Below are positions 53,974 to 61,854 of a stretch of DNA of 64,000 bases, one piece after another. Within the stretch, counting starts at the first letter, position 1. Each line of letters opens with the position of its first letter. Under the pieces are notes generated by a model. That model did not search any database and was not told the origin of the DNA. It was given only the letters and a program-made list of their open reading frames with translations. The stretch covers positions 2,743 to 66,742 of the forward strand of contig CAJWUJ010000002.1 in assembly GCA_913047625.1 (NCBI GenBank). Direction: 5' to 3'. This DNA is from an uncultured Dehalococcoidia bacterium. GTDB taxonomy: Bacteria; Chloroflexota; Dehalococcoidia; Lucifugimonadales; CAJWUJ01. The position numbers and the translations under genes are program-made.

Positions 53974-55356
53974 ATGACTCAAAGTGCTGACTTAACTCTT
54001 GGGGCAATCAGTAACTTGATTCAGCAGAAAGAATTATCTGTTACTGAGGTTGTTAATAATTATCTGGATCGAATTAAACAATTTGAGTCTACTTTGAAGG
54101 CATGGGTATCGGTTGATGAAGAAAATGCTTTAGCCAAAGCCAGTGTTTTGGATAAAGCAGTAAGAGGCGATAATAATCGAAGCTTGTTACACGGAATACC
54201 ATTTGGTGTAAAGGATATTTTCTGGGTCAAAGACTCTGTAACGTCTGCTGGGTCTCCTATCTATCGTGATTTTGTACCAAGGCAACATGCTACGGTTGTC
54301 GGCAACCTTTTATCGGCTGGTGCGGTTTTCCTTGGGAAGACAGTTACTACAGAATTTGCAACAGGAGATCCACCTCAGACAGTAAATCCATGGAATCCGT
54401 TACATACTCCTGGGGGATCTAGTAGTGGATCGGCTGTAGCTGTTTCCACTGGGATGTGTTCCTTTGCTTTGGGTTCTCAGACAAGTGGATCAGTATTGCG
54501 TCCAGCTTCGTATAACGGAATTGTAGGGTTTAAACCCACTTTTGGTCTGCTTAGTAAATTTGGGATGTTTTCAGCATCATGGTCTATGGATACTGTCGGC
54601 GTGTTGTGCCGATCAGTACAAGATTCGTCCTATGCTTTTCATTACATGGCTAGCCATGACCAAAGAGATCCTAGTAGCAGCGCTAAACACGTCACTTTGG
54701 CCGGTAAAGACATAACTGCACCTGATAACTTGCGCCCTCGCCTCGGCGTTGTCAAAGGTATGTTTAAGGATGCTTCTGACCACATAGCTTGGGCTAATTT
54801 CGAGTCAGTAGTTCAAAAGGCTGCAAAGAATGGGGCTACAGTTATTGAATTTGATCCTTCGGATATCTTTGAACGAGCGAGAATGGCCCAATACATTATC
54901 CAAAGATCTGAGTTTGCTTCTTATCAAGAAGAAAACTATAACAAATGGCCCCATCTTTATAGTCCTGTTAGTAGAAGTTGGGTTGAACACGGCAAGGTAT
55001 TTACCGGTGTTGATTACATTAATGCTCAGCGTATCAGGAGTTTGTTTATCGAAGAGATGAGAAGTTTTTTCTCTCAGGTCGATGTACTTTTGACTCCGTC
55101 TACCCCAGCTGCTGCTCCGAAGGATCTCTCGAAGACGGGCAATCCACTGTTTCAGGGTCTTTGGACCTTGAGTGGAGCTCCAGCTATCAGTATCCCTTCA
55201 GGGTTATCCGACCAAGGTATGCCTTTGGGTTTACAAATACTAGGTAATTGGTATGATGAAAATCAGTTGTTAGTGATAGCAAGATGGTTCGAAGAGTTAT
55301 TGAATCTTCATTTAATTCCTCCACTAGTAGTACGTAAAACAAACGAAGGAGCCTAA
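53974..55356 (+). CDS. Amidase (amidase-signature family, GatA-like)
   Basis: GIPFGVKD (Lys), GGSSSGSAVAV and GSQTSGSVLRPAS (Ser-cisSer-Lys triad context). Confidence 0.85.
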   Translation: MTQSADLTLGAISNLIQQKELSVTEVVNNYLDRIKQFESTLKAWVSVDEENALAKASVLDKAVRGDNNRSLLHGIPFGVKDIFWVKDSVTSAGSPIYRDFVPRQHATVVGNLLSAGAVFLGKTVTTEFATGDPPQTVNPWNPLHTPGGSSSGSAVAVSTGMCSFALGSQTSGSVLRPASYNGIVGFKPTFGLLSKFGMFSASWSMDTVGVLCRSVQDSSYAFHYMASHDQRDPSSSAKHVTLAGKDITAPDNLRPRLGVVKGMFKDASDHIAWANFESVVQKAAKNGATVIEFDPSDIFERARMAQYIIQRSEFASYQEENYNKWPHLYSPVSRSWVEHGKVFTGVDYINAQRIRSLFIEEMRSFFSQVDVLLTPSTPAAAPKDLSKTGNPLFQGLWTLSGAPAISIPSGLSDQGMPLGLQILGNWYDENQLLVIARWFEELLNLHLIPPLVVRKTNEGA

Positions 55357-55357
55357 C

Positions 55358-56416
55358 TTGAAATTTGGAGTTTTCTTATTTGCTGTTAGCAGTGATCCTG
55401 TCGATGACGGTGATGTTATTCGTAAATCTATTGAAGAGGCAGTGCTTGCAGAAAAGTTAGGTTTCAGTGCTGTGTGGTTATCTGAGCATCATTTTGATGG
55501 TGCTACTGCCTACGCAGATCCAATAGTGTTTGGATCTGCAATAGCTGCCAGAACTAGTACCATCGACATTGGGTTTGCAGTACTAGAAATGGCTTTGCAT
55601 CATCCTATTCGGCTTGCAGTACAAACAGCCTTACTTGATCAAGTGAGTCAAGGCCGCCTAATTGTCGGCACTGGACGAGGCTCTGCATACAATGAGTTTG
55701 AGTATAGAGGTTTTGGTTTAACTCTAGAGCAGGGAAGAATGATGTTAACAGAGTCAGAGGAACTTTTAATTAAGGCGTGGACTCAGAGACCGCTTGTCCA
55801 TAATGGCAATTATTGGAACGTGTCTTTTCCTGAATTGCGACCCAGACCTTATCAGCTGCCTCATCCACCTTTGGTACGTGCATGTATAGGGAAAGAATCC
55901 ATGATGGCTATGGCTAGGATCGGTCGTCCCGTCCTCTACGGAGTTCAGAGTACAGAAGCTATTGCTGATCGGCTGAAACTCTATAGAGAAACCATGGAAA
56001 ACGAGAACTTTGCAACTGAGGATATCGAATATGCATTAGACAACTCATGGGTTCAAAAAAGTCTCATGGTTGCGGATACGACCGAGTATGCGATAGACAT
56101 TGCTGCACAAGGTTTTCGCCGTGAGCGGGCCCATATACGAGAAGGAAGAGAAAAATATAACCCACAGGGCAACAAAGGTGGTGTTCAGTTAGCTAAGCCT
56201 CCCTCGGAAGGAGAACAACTTGCTAATGCTTTTGTTGTTGGTGATGTAAAAAGCGTAACTGAGCAGCTTGTAGCTCTACAAAAAGCGGGTGTCCGAAACA
56301 TCCTGTTTAAAGTTGATACTGGGGGCATGGATTTTGAAGATGTCAGCAGATCAATGCACCTCTTTAGTCGAGAGGTAGCTCCACTGTTTGCTGAGTCCTC
56401 GCTAAGCTCATCATAA
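55358..56416 (+). CDS. Luciferase-like (LLM class) flavin/F420-dependent oxidoreductase
   Basis: MKFGVFLF...LGFSAVWLSEHHF...GRLIVGTGRG. TTG start 1 nt after the amidase stop, with GAAGGAG 7 nt upstream. Confidence 0.8.
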   Translation: MKFGVFLFAVSSDPVDDGDVIRKSIEEAVLAEKLGFSAVWLSEHHFDGATAYADPIVFGSAIAARTSTIDIGFAVLEMALHHPIRLAVQTALLDQVSQGRLIVGTGRGSAYNEFEYRGFGLTLEQGRMMLTESEELLIKAWTQRPLVHNGNYWNVSFPELRPRPYQLPHPPLVRACIGKESMMAMARIGRPVLYGVQSTEAIADRLKLYRETMENENFATEDIEYALDNSWVQKSLMVADTTEYAIDIAAQGFRRERAHIREGREKYNPQGNKGGVQLAKPPSEGEQLANAFVVGDVKSVTEQLVALQKAGVRNILFKVDTGGMDFEDVSRSMHLFSREVAPLFAESSLSSS

Positions 56417-56433
56417 TGTATAGAGGTTAGGGC

Positions 56434-57441
56434 TTATTCGCCCCAAACCTCTATAAACAGTCTAAGGAAGTTCTCTCCTAGAATTTTCTTAATATCCACT
56501 TCGGAATAGCCTCGGTCAGCCAGTCCTCTTGCAATATTTATGATGTCAGTGGCAGATTCCAAATTTTTAACTTTAGAAAAAGGGAAATTGTTCAGAGATG
56601 CTTTTTCTTTCTCTTCCTTGCTTCTAGTATGAGTACCTTGGATTTTTTCTAGCCAGTCAAAGAATTCCTTTGTGTGACCGTATGTGAAATCAATTCCCAA
56701 ACCTACGTGATCAATGCCAACCTTTTCAATGAGCACTTCGAGTGAATCTAGGTAGTTGTCCAGTGTGCAGTGATTCTGGCATGGAAGAAATAAGGGAAAT
56801 GCGTTAGTTCCAACAACACCTCCTTTTTCAGCTACCAATTTAAGAGCAGTGTCAGGGTGATTTCTAGGATGTTGGTAATGACTTCTAGCTCCCGCATGTG
56901 TGAACGCAACAGGTTGATCAGATTGTTCTATTGTATCTATTACTGTTTGGTCTCCGACATGAGAAAGGTCAATAAGTATCTTAAGCCGATTCATTTCCTT
57001 TACTGCCTCTCGCCCAAAAAAACTCAGTCCGCCATCGCGCGCTTCATAACAGCCCGTACCTAGCAGGTTTCGTTCGTTATAGGTTAGCTGCATGATCCGG
57101 ACGCCCAGTGTATGGAACAGTTCTAGTCTCGCAAGTTCATTTTCTATGGGGGTCGAGTTTTGCCATCCCAGTATGATTCCACTGCGGTTTTCTTTTTTTG
57201 CTTTTCTAATATCTGTTGCTGATCTAATGGGGATAATATGCTGGGAGTGCGTACGAAATCGATCAGGCCACTTGGTTATGCCTGCTATTTCCTGCAAAAA
57301 GTTCTCGTATACCGCGATTGTTGCATTAATCGCAGTTACTCCTCCTTCATGAAGGTTTTGGAATACTCCAGGGTCATCCCAGTTGCTGGGATTGCATGCG
57401 TCAATGACAATTGCTTCACTAAAGAGTTTATCTATATCCAT
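56434..57441 (-). CDS. Peptidase M19 (renal/membrane dipeptidase) family homolog with a degenerate binuclear-metal site
   Basis: Collinear with DPEP1-type proteins (LGVRIMQLTYN, LIDLSHVG, FTHAGARS, GLGIDF). The H-x-D motif reads C-N-P (VIDACNP, 57388-57402) and the bridging-Glu position reads Q (LGWQNS). Confidence 0.75.
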   Translation of the reverse strand: MDIDKLFSEAIVIDACNPSNWDDPGVFQNLHEGGVTAINATIAVYENFLQEIAGITKWPDRFRTHSQHIIPIRSATDIRKAKKENRSGIILGWQNSTPIENELARLELFHTLGVRIMQLTYNERNLLGTGCYEARDGGLSFFGREAVKEMNRLKILIDLSHVGDQTVIDTIEQSDQPVAFTHAGARSHYQHPRNHPDTALKLVAEKGGVVGTNAFPLFLPCQNHCTLDNYLDSLEVLIEKVGIDHVGLGIDFTYGHTKEFFDWLEKIQGTHTRSKEEKEKASLNNFPFSKVKNLESATDIINIARGLADRGYSEVDIKKILGENFLRLFIEVWGE

Positions 57442-57497
57442 GTCTACAAACCTCCAGTACTCTGCTCAAAAGAGTTTCAATGTTATAGATCTTAGCA

Positions 57498-58610
57498 CTA
57501 TAGTGCAAGGCGATTAGGGCTAAAGGGACTTATATCGTACGCACTTGATTTATTCATAATGATTTCGGACAGGTACTTTCCTGTCGCTGGACTCAAAAGG
57601 ATTCCCTCCGGCCCGTGACCCGCAGCGATATACAGGTTGTCCCAGCTAGGAAGTTGCCCAATAAATGGGTAATTATCTTCAGATAAAGGTCGCAAACAAG
57701 CACTGGAACTCATGACTGAAACCTCTTGGGATAAAGGTGACATATAGAGTGCGTTTTTGATAATTTGTTCTTGGCCCTGCTGGGTGGTGTTGTTCGAGAA
57801 TCCTGCGTCTTCCCATGTAGTCCCTGCAAACAGTCTCCCTGACAACTTGGGTAAAATGTATGAGTCATTATGAATTAAAGCGTACTCTGGATGTTTATGT
57901 GGAGAGTCGAGATATAGAATTTGTCCCCTTTGCGGTTTCACAGGAATATGAAAGCCTATCCATGGCTTTAAAAAGTGAGACCACGGACCCATTGCTAACA
58001 CAACACTATCAGCTGACAGTTCCCTCCCATCATGCAAACACACCCCAGTAATGCTGGATCCCGCTGTTGTTATATTCGTTACCTCTGCAGATATTATCTT
58101 GGCTCCATGATATTCGGACGCTTGTGCTATAGCCATTGTTAGAGGGTAGGCGTCCACTTGTGGTTCTATGGTGGAAAGAATTGCAGATTGAACATTACGT
58201 CCGATCCAGCTGGACATTTGCTGTGCAGTTTTTCCGGATAACCACTCAACAGATAGACCGTCTTTACTGCGGTCTGCATACCATTTGCTTAGAGACTGTT
58301 CGTCTGTCTCTGAGAAGGCCAGACGAAGAAACGGTATGACGCCGTAGTGATAGTCGATATTAGTGTACTCGGGAAGTTCCTTGTGGAGGTCAGCATGGAG
58401 CCGAAGATTCTCTCCTGAAAAGTCAGCCAATGTTTTATCTACCGGGGCCCAGTAAGGAGTAAGTAAACCAGCTGCTCCTCCTGAAGCCTGACTTCCTACA
58501 GCATCTCTTTCGACGATAGTAACACTGACCTTGGCCTTTGCCAGATAAAAAGCAGTCATACATCCGATTATGCCACCGCCTACGATGATTACGTGTTGGT
58601 CATTTAACAT
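57498..58610 (-). CDS. FAD-dependent oxidoreductase, DAO family
   Basis: HVIIVGGGIIGCMTAFYLAK dinucleotide fold, C-terminal GHGPEGILLSPATG. Confidence 0.8.
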   Translation of the reverse strand: MLNDQHVIIVGGGIIGCMTAFYLAKAKVSVTIVERDAVGSQASGGAAGLLTPYWAPVDKTLADFSGENLRLHADLHKELPEYTNIDYHYGVIPFLRLAFSETDEQSLSKWYADRSKDGLSVEWLSGKTAQQMSSWIGRNVQSAILSTIEPQVDAYPLTMAIAQASEYHGAKIISAEVTNITTAGSSITGVCLHDGRELSADSVVLAMGPWSHFLKPWIGFHIPVKPQRGQILYLDSPHKHPEYALIHNDSYILPKLSGRLFAGTTWEDAGFSNNTTQQGQEQIIKNALYMSPLSQEVSVMSSSACLRPLSEDNYPFIGQLPSWDNLYIAAGHGPEGILLSPATGKYLSEIIMNKSSAYDISPFSPNRLAL

Positions 58611-58644
58611 GTAGACTTTTCCGATCTGGTAAATGCTACGGCTT

Positions 58645-58670
58645 GTTGATCAACAAACAAGTTGATCAAC
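58645..58670. promoter_or_regulatory. Tandem 10-bp perfect palindromes (GTTGATCAAC x2), candidate operator upstream of the DAO/M19 genes
   Basis: GTTGATCAAC at 58645-58654 and 58661-58670, separated by AAACAA (16 bp centre to centre). They lie 35-60 nt upstream of the DAO-family start at 58610. The second copy overlaps the stop of the upstream small ORF. Confidence 0.45.
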
Positions 58671-59013
58671 TTTTAATTAGTTCTCGTATTTTGGAGATAA
58701 TTACATCTGCTTTTTTCAGATCAAGTTGGATGCTGCCGATATTGGAATGCCTAATTTTGCTTTTTAATTCCTTAATTAGTGCCATGTCTTTTGAGCTTGT
58801 ACGGTTGAGCATAATAATTGCATCAGTGAGGATGCCTTTAAGTGAATCACGACCAGCTTCTTGTTCTGAAGACTCATCCATGTCCGAAGCAGGTATCCTT
58901 CGTTGTAATTCAGTTAACAGCTCCACTTTGACGGAGCTTATTTCCATTAACTGTTCCAATAGGTCTAAAACTGCTTTATCTGTTAGTGAAGTGGAATTAT
59001 TCGCTGTCATCAA
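58666..59013 (-). CDS. Hypothetical helical protein (115 aa)
   Basis: ORF only. The charged, helix-prone sequence (…LLEQLMEISSVKVELLTELQRRIP…IKELKSKIRHS…) is preferred over the overlapping 127-aa + strand ORF, whose Ser/Leu/Arg-rich composition looks like an antisense shadow. Confidence 0.45.
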   Translation of the reverse strand: MMTANNSTSLTDKAVLDLLEQLMEISSVKVELLTELQRRIPASDMDESSEQEAGRDSLKGILTDAIIMLNRTSSKDMALIKELKSKIRHSNIGSIQLDLKKADVIISKIRELIKS

Positions 59014-59166
59014 TATTGCTTTTTAATGTTTTGGCATTGAAGATTAAGGTGTGATTCAAGTTGACTGGCATAAGTTATAAACAGCATAACAAATGTTCCG
59101 CCATTCGTCATTGATCACAACTTGCCTCAATGGATTAATGACTGGTTCTACTAAGTTTGTAATTAG

Positions 59167-59214
59167 TTTTCCTGTCTTACATCGTAAAATCAGGTAAACT
59201 AGAAGACAGGAAAA
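59167..59214. other. 12-bp perfect inverted repeat with 24-nt spacer in the MFS leader region
   Basis: TTTTCCTGTCTT (59167-59178) and AAGACAGGAAAA (59203-59214). It lies about 80 nt upstream of the MFS start. Confidence 0.4.
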
Positions 59215-59290
59215 CTCCAGCTATTACAGAGGTTACTCCATGGATAGCTAGATTTCCGAAAGCCTGTCACTTTTTAGATCGAAAGGAATC

Positions 59291-60562
59291 TTGGTGGTTT
59301 CGAATCAACAGCCAAAGATCTTTTACGGATGGTGGATGGTAATTACATCTGTGGTTATCAGTTTTCCATGCGCACTTATTTTTGGAGGATTTAGTGCACT
59401 TATTGATCCCATACAGGTAACCTTTGCAGCTACAACAACTATGGCAGTTATAGCTTTTACACTGTTGAGGGCAGAATCTGGATTTGCGGTCCCTTTGGCA
59501 GGATTCCTCGTTGATACTTACGGTTCAAGGGTCATAATCTTAGTCGGAGGTATCCTAATAGGAATAGGTTCAGTTATTGCAGGTCTGGCTCCCTCTTTGG
59601 TGGTCTTTTACATAGGTTTTATTGTTTTGTCGGCAGGATTCAGTTTTGGTAATCCTGTGATCATGTCAATAGCGGTGGCACCTTGGTTTAGAAAGTATAG
59701 AGGTAGAGCATTTGCCATAACGACTTGTGGCGTACCTATTTGGTCTATATGTATTCCACTGCTGGTTGTTGCAATCGATGCACTTGGGTGGCGAACTGCA
59801 TTGATTGGTTTAGGGATAGCATCCATGGTTATGATGATTCCTGGTAGCTTGGTGTTCCGACGGCACCCGAGAGACTTTGGCCTATATCCTGATGGTGCTA
59901 TTTCTGAACCAACTCAATCATCATCAATTTCTACCAGGGCAACTATTACAGTGAAAGAAGTAATCCGATTTTCTGGTTTTTGGTGGCTGTCAGCGTGCTA
60001 TGCATGTTTTGCATTTGTCCATACAGGGTTAGCTGCTCAGTGGATCCCTCTGGTACAAGACCTTGCTGGCGTTGGGCGGCAAGGCGCGGCAATGATAGCA
60101 ACAATGATTCCCGTTGTCAGTCTCTTCGGGCGCCTAGGCATAGGGATTGCCTCTGATTATATTAGTGCCCGTTATGTTTTTGGTTTTTCTTTGTTCCTAA
60201 TGTGCTTGGGTCTTAGCTCTTTGGCCTTTGTACACAGCCTAGCTGGTGCAATTGGATTGGTTGTTCTTTACGGAGTCGGTTATGGAGGATTCGCACCCCT
60301 GAGATATTCACTTCAGGGATGGATGTTTGGTCCCAACAAGTTTGGACGTATTCAAGGAATGTTAAGACTTGTTGATACATTTATCGGAATACCAGCACCG
60401 ATACTCTTGGCTTTCTTGAAAGATGTTCGAGGGGATTATGTTGTCTCCATATATATTTGTGTAATCTTAGTAGCTATGACGATTCCTGTGGCGATTCGAT
60501 TGCAACGTGCCCCATCAAGTGATGAGTTCAACACGGAGCCCGTTAAAGACGTCCGTGGGTAG
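59291..60562 (+). CDS. MFS transporter (oxalate/formate antiporter-like layout)
   Basis: 423 aa with about 12 TM segments, N-terminal FYGWWMV. TTG 59291 or GTG 59294 follows AAAGGA. Confidence 0.75.
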   Translation: MVVSNQQPKIFYGWWMVITSVVISFPCALIFGGFSALIDPIQVTFAATTTMAVIAFTLLRAESGFAVPLAGFLVDTYGSRVIILVGGILIGIGSVIAGLAPSLVVFYIGFIVLSAGFSFGNPVIMSIAVAPWFRKYRGRAFAITTCGVPIWSICIPLLVVAIDALGWRTALIGLGIASMVMMIPGSLVFRRHPRDFGLYPDGAISEPTQSSSISTRATITVKEVIRFSGFWWLSACYACFAFVHTGLAAQWIPLVQDLAGVGRQGAAMIATMIPVVSLFGRLGIGIASDYISARYVFGFSLFLMCLGLSSLAFVHSLAGAIGLVVLYGVGYGGFAPLRYSLQGWMFGPNKFGRIQGMLRLVDTFIGIPAPILLAFLKDVRGDYVVSIYICVILVAMTIPVAIRLQRAPSSDEFNTEPVKDVRG

Positions 60563-60606
60563 GCAAAAAATAGTTTAGTGGTCACTACTTGCCTTGAGGT
60601 TGGTGA

Positions 60607-61803
60607 CTAGCCCTCAAAAATAGGGGAGTCTTCTAGGTAATCCAGTTTCCTCGAAGCGTTAAATCGTGCTGGGGAAAAGGCTTCATAGTTGAATAGTTGT
60701 TGATTGCCTGATCCCAAGATAAAATCGTGAATCATTTTAGCTGTAATGAAAGAAAGATGAACACCTCGTGCAGTATGCCCAGTAGCCAGATACAATCCTT
60801 CCCAGGTAGGGATGCTACCAATAAGCGGTTTTCGGTCAGGAGTCGCTGGACGCGATCCAGCCAACTGCTGAACTACTTGGGCATTCTCTAAACAAGGCAT
60901 GACCATAACGGCTCTTTGTAAAAGATCCAAACGAGCTTCTTCCGAAGGGCTGTAATTTATCGCAGAGGACGGTTTTCCGCTTTGATCATCATCGTCTCTT
61001 CCTCCAGTACTACCAATACTCCATAAACCGTCTTTTCTCGTTATGATATGTCCCCCTTTTGGAGATCCCAGAAATAAAGGCAAGGGCTTTCCGTTCATTT
61101 TAAGGATGAGCCGTTCACCTTTTAAGGGTTCAACAAAAATTGGATATTTAATTTGATCGCTGAAGAGGTTAGACCACGAGCCCGTTGCAAGAATAATAGA
61201 TTCACATTCAATTTCCCCATTAGGAACTTCAATACCGGTCACTTTTTTTTTATGATGCTTGATTTTAGTTGCTCGTCTGAATTTGATCGTAGCACCATTT
61301 TGTTCACTGGCTTTAGCTAAGGCCAGTGTAAGCCTATAGCTATCAATTTGGAGCGCGTCAGGCTCTAGCATTCCTCCAATAACCTTTTTTGTGATACGTG
61401 GTTCCATTTGGTGGCACTGGGTAGCGCTAAGCCATCTGATAGGCAAGTATCGAGATTGCCAAGTTCCCATGGACTGGATCATATCTTTATCTTCCTGATC
61501 AAGAGCGAGGCGGATTGCTTGTTTGTGCTGGAATAGCGTTTCTATAGATGTTTCGTGTTCCAGGGCAGGTACCATTGTTTTACAAATCGAGTGAGATGCT
61601 AATGCCATCTCAAAACTTGGTCCATCACTAAAGTCACTGCCCAGAAGAGTGAAAAGGCCTGTAGCATGAGCTGAAGAGCCACTACCTATTGAATCTTGTT
61701 CTAGGATAGTAACCTGAAGCCCTGCTTTACTAAGCAGGTACGCAATGGCACAACCAACGGCTCCTGCTCCTACTATTACTATGTCGCACCGTTCATTTTT
61801 CAT
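60607..61803 (-). CDS. FAD-dependent oxidoreductase, DAO family
   Basis: CDIVIVGAGAVGCAIAYLLSKAG dinucleotide fold, C-terminal TGHTARGVHLSFITA. Confidence 0.8.
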   Translation of the reverse strand: MKNERCDIVIVGAGAVGCAIAYLLSKAGLQVTILEQDSIGSGSSAHATGLFTLLGSDFSDGPSFEMALASHSICKTMVPALEHETSIETLFQHKQAIRLALDQEDKDMIQSMGTWQSRYLPIRWLSATQCHQMEPRITKKVIGGMLEPDALQIDSYRLTLALAKASEQNGATIKFRRATKIKHHKKKVTGIEVPNGEIECESIILATGSWSNLFSDQIKYPIFVEPLKGERLILKMNGKPLPLFLGSPKGGHIITRKDGLWSIGSTGGRDDDDQSGKPSSAINYSPSEEARLDLLQRAVMVMPCLENAQVVQQLAGSRPATPDRKPLIGSIPTWEGLYLATGHTARGVHLSFITAKMIHDFILGSGNQQLFNYEAFSPARFNASRKLDYLEDSPIFEG

Positions 61804-61854
61804 GAGGCTTTAGTTGTTTTCTGAATTGGTGTGGATGAAAATAGATCGAAAGGC

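Noticed and set aside
58643-59026. 127-aa + strand ORF overlapping the 115-aa - strand ORF
   Set aside because: Only one can be real. The - strand product is a plausible soluble helical protein co-oriented with the downstream operon. The + strand product is Ser/Leu/Ile-rich with no SD. Even the - strand call is only moderate confidence.
61253-61261. Homopolymeric T9/A9 tract inside the DAO-family gene (possible slippage or phase-variation site)
   Set aside because: It simply encodes Lys-Lys-Lys (HHKKKVTG) in frame in an AT-leaning genome. There is no alternative-frame ORF or other phase-variation context.
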